This document shows positions 1-6,828 of a stretch of 7,199 nucleotides of DNA, one piece after another. Each line of letters starts with the position of its first letter. Within the stretch, counting starts at the first letter, position 1. The notes under the pieces were generated by a model. It had not been told where the DNA came from. It ran no database searches and saw nothing but the letters and a program-made list of their open reading frames with translations. Source of the stretch: Octopus sinensis. Taxonomy: Eukaryota. Location of the stretch: the NCBI RefSeq assembly GCF_006345805.1, contig NW_021828914.1:1-7199 (forward strand), written 5' to 3'. The translations under genes and the position numbers were made by a program.

Positions 1-710
1 ACAGTAACACGGCTTTCAGAGGAGAACTTCCTCGATCTTATTCAATGTGGCAGCCATCTTAACTATCTCTCTCTCTCACTTAATCACTATCTGTCTGTCT
101 CTTACTGTGTGTCTCTCTCCATCTCTCTCCCCGTAGCACTGTTTCTGTCTGTCTGTCTGTCTGTCTCTGCCTGACTTTCTCTTACTATTTATCCCTTTCA
201 ACTTTTGTCCTTGTCTCTGTCTTTCTCCCTCAGTAAACCCTATGCTTACAACAATCGTATTTCTCTCTCTCTCTCTCTCTCTCTCTCAATCTTCGAATCT
301 GCTTTCCTCTCTCTCTCTCAAACTCTCATTTCCTCCATCTCCCTCTACTCTCTCTCTCTTTCTCTCTCTCGCTTTCAGTAAAATCTTGTGCCAACAATAA
401 CACGGCTTTCACAAAATAACTTGTTCGTTCTTACTCAAAGTGGCAGCCATCTTAACTGTCTAGCGCTCTCTCAATTAATCACCGTGTCAGTCTCTCTATC
501 TCTCTGACGTCCTCTCTATCTGTTTGTCTGTCTCTCTGTCTCCCTCTCCATCTGTCTCTTTGTTTCTCTCTTTGTCCCTCTCTATCTCTCTCAGCAAAAC
601 CCCATGTAAACAAGAACACAGTTTTCAGAGAATAACCTGCTCGGTCTTACTGAATATGGCAGCCATCTTAACTGTCTTTCTCTCTCCCTCTCCCTCTCTG
701 TCTATCTGTC

Positions 711-785
711 TTTTTGTCTCTCAGTTTCTGTCCGTCTGAGTCTCTGTTTGTTTTTGTCTGTCTGTCTGTCTCTCTTACACACTAC

Positions 786-819
<34 letters not shown>

Positions 820-995
820 ATTTTTGTCTCTCAGTATCTGTCTGTCTGTCTTTCTGTTTGTTTCTGTCTATCTGTCTCTCTTACTCACTACGTCTGTCTG
901 TCTGTCTGTCTTTTTGTCTCTCAGTATCTGTCTGTCTGTCTCTCTGTTTGTTTCTGTCTATCTGTCTCTCTTACTACGTCTGTCTGTCTGTCTGT
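711..995. repeat. Secondary ~80-110-bp tandem sub-repeat (3 copies) inside one satellite spacer
   Basis: TTTTTGTCTCTCAGT starts at 711, 821 and 911; ACTACGTCTGTC at 781, 887 and 973. Copies differ mainly in (CTGT)n length. Confidence 0.85.
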
Positions 996-1260
996 CTCTC
1001 AGTTTCTGTCTGTCTGTCTGTCTCTGTCTCCTTCTCCATCTCTCTGTCTGTTCCGTCTCTCTTAATAAAAACCCCATGAAACAACACGGCTTTCAGAGAA
1101 TAGCTTCCCTGATCTTACTGTATGTGGCAGCCATCTTAACTGTTTATCCTTCTCCTTCAATCACAGCACCTGTCTGTCTCTCTGACCCTTCTTTTCTGTC
1201 TCGCTCTGTTCCTGTCTTCATCTGTCTGTCTGTCTGTCTGTCTATATCTGTTTTTCCCAG

Positions 1261-1372
1261 AGAAAAAAACTCACGCAAACAGCGGCGCAGTTTACAGAGA
1301 AAAATTCGCTTGATCTTACTCAAAATGGCATCCATCTTAACTATTTCCCCCTCTCTTTCAATTACAGGGTCT
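1261..1372 (+). repeat. Left copy of ~112-bp direct repeat flanking SINE copy 1 (satellite core variant)
   Basis: Matches 1970-2082 with 7 substitutions and 1 indel by eye (~93%); the last ~42 bp are identical. Ends where the SINE tail begins. Confidence 0.85.
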
Positions 1373-1610
1373 TCTCTCTTTTTACTCTTTTACTTGTTTC
1401 AGTCATTTGACTGCGGCCATGCTAGAGCACCGCCTTTAGTCGAGCAAACCGACCCAAGGACTTATTCTTTGCAAGCTTAATGCTTATTCTATCGGTCTAT
1501 TTTGCCGAACCGCTAGGTTACAGGGACATAAACACACCAGCATCGGTTGTCAAGCGATGCTGGGGAGACAAACACAGACACACAAACATATACACATACA
1601 TACATATATA

Positions 1611-1645
<35 letters not shown>

Positions 1646-1968
1646 ACGACGGGCTTCTTTCAGTTCCGTCTAACCAAATCCACTCAAGGCTTTGGTCGTG
1701 ACGGGGACGTAAACACACCAGCATCGGTTGTCAAGCAATGCTAGGGGGACAAACACAGACACACAAACCACACACGCATATACTATATATATATATACAT
1801 ATATACGACGGGCTTCTTCAGTTTCGTCTGCCAAATCCACTCACAAAGCTTTGGTCGGGCCCGAGGCTATATCAGAAGACAACTTGCCCAGGTGCCCACC
1901 GCAGTGGGACTGAACCCGGAACCATGTGGTTGGTAAACAAGCTCTTACCACACAGCCAATCCTGTGCC
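1373..1968 (-). mobile_element. tRNA-derived SINE, copy 1, full length, with internal duplication (octopus-type; CORE-like motif)
   Basis: The minus strand begins GGCACAGGATTGGCTGTGTGGTAAG, with box A-like TGGCTGTGTGG (1948-1958) and box B-like GGTTCAGTCCC (1906-1916). A degenerate CC(T)TGGGCAAGT CORE-type motif is at ~1882-1892. It has internal (CA)/(TA) microsatellites, a 3' end ...GCATGGCCGCAGTCAAATGACTGAAACAAGTAAAAGAGTAAAA and no ORF. It is collinear with 2487-3083 (~15 substitutions in ~200 bp of the 3' part). Exact family name (e.g. octopus OK/OR1/OR2) not verified. Confidence 0.9.
1906..1958 (-). promoter_or_regulatory. RNA polymerase III internal promoter (box A-like / box B-like) of SINE copy 1
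   Basis: TGGCTGTGTGG (vs TRGCNNARYGG) at 1958-1948 and GGTTCAGTCCC (vs GGTTCRANNCC) at 1916-1906. Each has one mismatch to consensus; spacing is tRNA-like. Confidence 0.7.
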
Positions 1969-1969
1969 T

Positions 1970-2082
1970 AGAAAAATACTCATGCAAACAGCGGCGCAGT
2001 TTTCAGAGAAAAAATTCGCTTGATCTTACCCAATGTGGAATCCATCTTAACTATTTCCCCCTCTCTTTCAATTACAGGGTCT
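1970..2082 (+). repeat. Right copy of ~112-bp direct repeat flanking SINE copy 1
   Basis: AGAAAAATACTCATGCAAACAGCGGCGCAG...CAATTACAGGGTCT starts immediately after the SINE 5' end; ~93% identical to 1261-1372. Confidence 0.85.
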
Positions 2083-2430
2083 GTCTATATCTCTGTCCCC
2101 CTCTTCATTTCTCTCTCTCTCTCTCTATCTCTCACAGTAAAAAAAAAACAAAAGAAAATAACTCATGTAAGCTACAACACGGCTTTCAGAGAATAACTTG
2201 TTCGGTTTTACTCGATGTGGCAGCCATCTTAACCATTTCCCCCTCTCTTTCAATCACAGCATCTGTCTGTCTGTCTCTCTGAGTCTGCTTTCCCGTCTCT
2301 CTATGTGTCCCTCTTCCTCTGTCTGTCTACCTGTCTCTCTACGTCTCTCTTGGCAAAAACCCCATGCAAACAAGGACACGGTTTTCAGAGAAAAATTCGC
2401 TTGACCTTACTGAACGAGGCGGCCATCATT

Positions 2431-2434
<4 letters not shown>

Positions 2435-2486
<52 letters not shown>
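2435..2486. repeat. Perfect (TC)26 microsatellite followed by T11
   Basis: Uninterrupted TC dinucleotide at 2435-2486; T run at 2487-2497 merges with the tail of SINE copy 2. Confidence 0.95.
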
Positions 2487-2495
<9 letters not shown>

Positions 2496-2730
2496 TTACT
2501 CTATTACTTGTTTCAGTCATTTGACTGCGGACATGCTGGAGCACCGCCTTTAGTCGAGCAAATCGACCCCAGGACTTATTCTTTGGAAGCCCAGTACTTA
2601 TTCTATCGGTCTCTTTTGCCGAACCGCTAAGTGACAGGGACGTAAACACATCAGCATCGGTTGTCAAGCGATGTTGGGGAGACAAACACAGACACACAAA
2701 CATATACACATACACACACACACACACACA

Positions 2731-2783
<53 letters not shown>

Positions 2784-3083
2784 TATATATATACATATAT
2801 ACGACGGGCTTCTTTCAGTTTCCGTCTACCAAATCCACTCAAAGGCTTTGGTCGTGACGGGGACGTAAACACACCAGCATCGGTTGTCAAGCAATGCTAG
2901 GGGGACAAACACAGACACACAAACATATACACATTGTTTCCGTCTGCCAAATCCACTCACAAGGCTTTGATCGGCCCAAGGCTATAGTAGAAGACACTTG
3001 CCCAAGGTTCCACGCAGTGGGACTGAACCCGGAACCATGTGGCTGGTAAGCAAGTTACTTACCACACAGCCACTCCTACGCCC
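2487..3083 (-). mobile_element. tRNA-derived SINE, copy 2, full length, same internal duplication as copy 1
   Basis: The minus strand begins GGGCGTAGGAGTGGCTGTGTGGTAAG, with box A-like 3062-3072 and box B-like 3019-3029. CCTTGGGCAAGT (2996-3007, minus) matches the start of the CORE domain of MIR-type SINEs. Body and 3' end are as in copy 1; the second internal repeat lacks the (TA)n-ACGACGGGCTTC segment. Confidence 0.9.
3019..3072 (-). promoter_or_regulatory. RNA polymerase III internal promoter (box A-like / box B-like) of SINE copy 2
   Basis: TGGCTGTGTGG at 3072-3062 and GGTTCAGTCCC at 3029-3019, identical to the boxes in copy 1. Confidence 0.7.
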
Positions 3084-3106
3084 ATGTAAGAATTTTCTCT
3101 TCGTTT

Positions 3107-3205
3107 GTCTGTCTGTCTGTCGTTCTCTCTGTAGTTCTCTCTATGTGTCAGTCTGTCTGTATGCCTGTCTGTCTGTCTGTTTCGTTGGTCGTCTGCTTCT
3201 GTCCC
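3107..3205. repeat. Degenerate (CTGT)n microsatellite, same type as the satellite spacers
   Basis: Interrupted TCTG/CTGT runs right of SINE copy 2; probably the end of the array. Confidence 0.8.
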
Positions 3206-3285
3206 TGTAAAAGCTCAAATATGAAGCAACAACGCTGCCACAAGGACAAAAACATCCGTTCAAAAACAAAACAAAAAAAATCTTC

Positions 3286-3370
3286 ACTGAGAAAGAAAGA
3301 AAGAAAGAATGAGTGAGTGTGAGAAAAGAGAAGGAAAGGCAGAAGGAAAGAGAGACAGAGACAGAGAGAG
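3286..3370. repeat. Purine-rich (GAAA)/(GA)/(GAGACA) low-complexity tract
   Basis: GAAAGAAAGAAAGAAAGAA...AGAGACAGAGACAGAGAGAG. Confidence 0.8.
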
Positions 3371-3567
3371 ATTGTTAAGGATTTAAGCGGCTCAATGTTG
3401 GAAAGCATATCTCTATCTTTCAAATTAATCGGCAAGAAGTGAAGAATCAGCGATTTTGTCGGAGTGAATTTGAAGGAGAAATTGCTGTTGCGAAATACTT
3501 ACAGAGTAATTTTCAGTGAGAGAGATACAGGATAGAGAAATTGCATCGATGAATAAATGAATAAATA

Positions 3568-3742
3568 GATAGAATATAGATAGATAGATAGATGATATAT
3601 AATAGATAGATGAGATAGATAGATAGATAGATGATAGATAGATAGATAAGATAGGTAGGTAGTAGGTAGGTAGGTAGGTAGGTAGATGTAGGTAGGTGTT
3701 AGGCAGGCAGGCAGGCAGGCAGGCAGCAGACAGACAGACAAC

Positions 3743-3776
<34 letters not shown>

Positions 3777-3901
3777 TAGATAGATAGATAGATAGGTAGG
3801 TATAGGTAGGTAGGTAGGTAGGTAGGAGGCAGGCAGGCAGGCAGGCGAAGCAGGCAGACCGACAGACAGACGACAGACAGACACAGATAGATAGATAGAA
3901 G

Positions 3902-3932
<31 letters not shown>

Positions 3933-3981
3933 GTACAAATAGATAGGTAGACAAATAGATAGATAGATATGTAGGTAGGTG
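3568..3981. repeat. Compound tetranucleotide microsatellite (GATA/GGTA/GGCA/GACA) in two ordered cycles
   Basis: Blocks: GATA ~3568-3653, GGTA 3654-3701, GGCA 3702-3728, GACA 3729-3774, GATA 3775-3794, GGTA 3795-3827, GGCA 3828-3856, GACA 3857-3885, GATA 3886-3931, then mixed. Confidence 0.95.
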
Positions 3982-3982
3982 G

Positions 3983-4021
<39 letters not shown>

Positions 4022-4240
4022 CACACACTCATACATGCACACACAAGGAGACAGAGGTACACACACACACACACACACACATACATAAAAACACACAAAC
4101 ACGAACAGATGAATATACAGAATACATACATACAAATGTACACACATACATGCATACACACATACATGCATACATACATACATGCATGTATATGCACACA
4201 CACACACACACACACACACTAACCCACACACATGCGCACA
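3983..4240. repeat. Compound (TA)n/(CA)n/(CATA)n microsatellite
   Basis: (TA)n at 3983-4020, (CA)n at ~4059-4080 and ~4195-4218, CATA/CATG repeats between. Confidence 0.9.
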
Positions 4241-4476
4241 AACAAACAAAAAGGAACGCAGTGTGAATAAGGGACAGAGTCAAAAGCAATGAAAAGGTTG
4301 CAAGACGCCACGAAAATCTTAGAAAAATAAAGAAGAAAATAAATGGAAATTTTATCGGTGAGTGTGTAAAAATTATAAGGCACAAAAAGTGAATGGCTCT
4401 CCCCAGACATAAAACAGAATATGCTTCAAACACACGAACTCATATAAGAATCTGCAAACCAAATCCAAAAACGAAA

Positions 4477-4514
4477 TATATACATAGATATATATAATAT
4501 GTATATACACACAC

Positions 4515-4561
<47 letters not shown>

Positions 4562-5035
4562 TATACATACTATATATATATATATATATAAACATATATA
4601 TATATATACATGGCATATATACATATATATATACATATATATATATACATACATATATATACATATATATACTATATATTTATACATATCTATACTATAC
4701 ATATGTACACACACACATAATATATATATATACATATACATATACACACACACACACATATATATATATACATATACATATATATATATACACATATATA
4801 TATATATATACATACATATATATATATGCATACATATACATATATATATATATATATACATACATATATATGCATATATATACATACATATATATATGCA
4901 TACATATATATATACATACATATATATATATGCATACATATACATATATATTACATCCATATACATATATACACAGATGTATATCTTGGCTTAACTGAAC
5001 TGTATGCGCGCGCGTACACACAGACGCATATATAT

Positions 5036-5097
<62 letters not shown>

Positions 5098-5098
5098 C
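4477..5098. repeat. Long degenerate (TA)n/(CATA)n microsatellite (~620 bp)
   Basis: Almost entirely TA with C/G interruptions; perfect (AT)n at 5047-5093; short complex island at ~4972-5025. Confidence 0.95.
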
Positions 5099-5255
5099 AC
5101 TCACAACATCATTCAAGTAGGTTTATACTAGAATAACAATTTTTATACGCAAATAAAATCCGAAAAAAAAATAAAAGATCTTTTCTTAAAAACCTAAAGA
5201 TTAAAACGCAAACCGCCATTTTGCTTTTTTTTCGTTATTTTGCAGAACAATAGTA

Positions 5256-5390
5256 TTGTTGTTGTTATTGTTGTTTGTTTGTTTCCGGTTTAGCTGCTGT
5301 TGTTATTGTGATACCTGCTGCTGCCACGGCTGCTACCGCTGCTAATGTTGTTCTCGTTGATGTTACTGTTGCTGTCGCTGCCGCAGTAGT
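5256..5390. repeat. Degenerate (GTT)n/(GCT)n trinucleotide tract
   Basis: TTGTTGTTGTTATTGTTG... followed by GCTGCTGTTGTT...GCTGCTGCC. Confidence 0.8.
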
Positions 5391-5393
5391 TTG

Positions 5394-5635
5394 TCTTTTG
5401 TCTCTTACTTCCTGTCAGTCGTTCGACTGCGGCCATGCTGGGGCACCGCATCGACGAACAACGTTTTAGTCGAATGAATCGACACCCGTATTTCTTCCTT
5501 TTTCTTTTCTTTTTTGTAGCTAAATCCTGATAATTATTATGTCGGTTTCCTTTTTGCCGAACCGCTAGATTACAGGGACACAAACGCACGATTACCGGTG
5601 TTAGGAAACAAACACAAACGCATAAACACACAGAC
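5394..5635 (-). mobile_element. Diverged, 5'-truncated fragment (3' half) of a SINE related to copies 1 and 2
   Basis: GACTGCGGCCATGCTGGGGCACCGC (~5425-5449) matches the 3' block of copies 1/2. TTTTGCCGAACCGCTAGATTACAGGGACA (5552-5580) is 28/29 to 1500-1528. There is a ~12-bp extra segment before TTTAGTCGA and a T-rich expansion at ~5490-5515; no tRNA head is present. Confidence 0.8.
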
Positions 5636-5641
5636 CCATTA

Positions 5642-5688
5642 GTGTGTGTGTATATATATATATGTGTGTGTGTGTGTATATATATATA

Positions 5689-5741
<53 letters not shown>

Positions 5742-5766
5742 ATATATATGTGTGTATATATATATA
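5642..5766. repeat. Alternating blocks of (TG)n and (TA)n
   Basis: 125 nt with T at every odd position and G or A at every even position; about five TG/TA block pairs. Confidence 0.95.
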
Positions 5767-5884
5767 AACTTAGATATGTTTCGACCAGAGATTGGTCCAG
5801 GCCATGTCTAACTTAATAGCACCACCTGATAGGATTATTCGAATCCTGTTTAAGTTAAGTTTTGTTCAAGTAGTGAGTTCTTGT

Positions 5885-5935
5885 TGGGTGAGTTGTACCA
5901 ATTATGGGTGAGTTGTATCCAATTATGTATCCAAT

Positions 5936-5937
<2 letters not shown>
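5885..5937. repeat. Short 20-21-bp tandem duplication (2.5 copies)
   Basis: TGGGTGAGTTGTACCAATTA (5885-5904), TGGGTGAGTTGTATCCAATTA (5905-5925), TGTATCCAATTA (5926-5937). Confidence 0.85.
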
Positions 5938-5978
<41 letters not shown>

Positions 5979-6236
5979 CATATCATATATATATATATAA
6001 TATATATATATATATGTGGTGTCCTGTACCCATATATGCATGTATATATACATGTAGAGGTAGGTACGTACATATATGTATATATATGCATGTTTGTATT
6101 ATTATTTATATTATATATTATATATATTATATATGTATATAGATTTGTATATATATATATATATATTATATATAATATATATATAATATATATATTATAT
6201 ATTGATATATATATGTGTGTGTGTGTGATGTGTGTG
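5938..6236. repeat. Degenerate (TA)n microsatellite ending in (TG)n
   Basis: TA-dominated tract with interruptions; (TG)n at ~6214-6237. Confidence 0.9.
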
Positions 6237-6267
6237 TTAAATAAATAAGATAACAAGGCCAAGACAA

Positions 6268-6786
6268 TGCATGCCATCAAAGTAACACTGGGGTAAAATA
6301 TACGAAGCCCAGTATACCCACCATGACCACCCGTCTGATAAGAGTACACTAGGCACGTGCATCACAACCATATGTGCGTGACATGGTGATCTCATATCAA
6401 CATAAACAGCGCATGACCTTTCAAATGGGGCCCAGTTGGAATTTTCTTCAGGTTGAGTAAAGGTTGTTTAAGGATGTTGACCGAAGCACCCATGTTTCCA
6501 GAGGTGAATTATTCAAACCCCAAAGAATTCCTGTCAACACATGGCTATGATGCTCCCCCACTACTTCTGCTCGTGATCAGAGATGCACATATCGTCAGCC
6601 ACCAAGGGGCATGCTCAACTGGTTAAGGATCAAACAACTGACAAGAAGCAAATCTGTGGTATTGAGCAGAATATTTGCTGTAGCCCATCTTTTATACCAA
6701 GACAAAACAATCGTACATAATAACACTTCCAATCAGTTAAGATCAGAAGCCATGAGAGCCACTGTCTGGTACTGCATCAGGGCATC
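6268..6786. mobile_element. Probable interspersed repeat, unclassified (~520 bp, non-coding)
   Basis: The only long complex, more GC-balanced block in the window, sharply bounded by microsatellites, with no convincing ORF. It resembles, from memory only, a recurrent octopus genomic repeat. No terminal inverted repeats, Pol III boxes or TSD were identified; class and orientation are not established. Confidence 0.45.
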
Positions 6787-6787
6787 T

Positions 6788-6826
6788 ATCATCATTATCA
6801 TCATCATCATCATTATTATCATTATC
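6788..6826. repeat. (ATC)n/(ATT)n microsatellite
   Basis: TATCATCATTATCATCATCATCATCATTATTATCATTATC, directly upstream of SINE copy 4. Confidence 0.9.
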
Positions 6827-6828
6827 AA

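Larger units (their letters stand above)
1..2430. repeat. Complex tandem repeat (satellite/minisatellite): ~80-bp conserved core plus variable CT/CTGT microsatellite spacer; 8 recognisable cores and 1 truncated; interrupted by SINE copy 1
   Basis: The core approximates CAG(T/C)AAAACCCCATG(T/C)AAACAACACGGCTTTCAGAGAATAACTT..TC(G)..TCTTACT.AATGTGGCAGCCATCTTAAC. The GGCAGCCATCTT anchor or a variant starts at 49, 442, 658, 1126, 1327, 2037, 2219 and 2418 (spacings 393, 216, 468, 201, 710 incl. SINE, 182, 199). A truncated core start lies at ~231-262. The array runs off the left edge. Confidence 0.9.

Noticed and set aside
524-1480. Overlapping ORFs up to 218 aa (524-739, 714-1079, 748-1065, 824-1480)
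   Set aside because: Translations are SVCL/LS repeats from stop-free CT/CTGT microsatellite, running through satellite cores and a SINE tail; no domain-like sequence.
1-2430. CRISPR-like look (conserved repeat plus variable spacer)
   Set aside because: Repeats are ~80 bp and clearly diverged, spacers are low-complexity and ~100-390 bp, there are no cas genes and the context is eukaryotic.
2487-3100. Short target-site duplication for SINE copy 2 (and for copy 4)
   Set aside because: No convincing direct repeat on both sides; flanking microsatellites obscure the boundaries.
1480-3210. Short ORFs within SINE copies 1 and 2 (e.g. ...PRSGTEPGTMWLV...)
   Set aside because: They are translations of non-coding SINE sequence and (TA)/(CA) repeats. 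Database 'hypothetical proteins' matching them would most likely be annotation artefacts.
3425-5096. Long ORFs of 95-274 aa on both strands
   Set aside because: YI/CV/LSIY/PTYL periodic translations of stop-free microsatellite frames.
5256-5631. Possible poly-Q/N/A/S-type coding exon (ORFs 5275-5469 + and 5290-5631 -)
   Set aside because: Explained by a GTT/GCT microsatellite fused to a SINE fragment; no start context or splice evidence.
5770-5811. Imperfect hairpin whose minus strand reads GACCA-ATCTC-TGGTC-GAAAC-ATATC, like the 3' half of a minimal hammerhead ribozyme
   Set aside because: The required CUGANGA core is absent before stem II (TGGCCTG instead) and stem III is mismatched. A simple inverted repeat (TTAGATATG/CATGTCTAA) explains it; an Infernal hammerhead scan would settle it.
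6560-6786. Hammerhead-like CTGACGA (minus, 6592-6598) and CTGATG (minus, ~6775-6780) in the unclassified element
   Set aside because: No stem II followed by GAAA and no stem III/NUH arrangement could be built.
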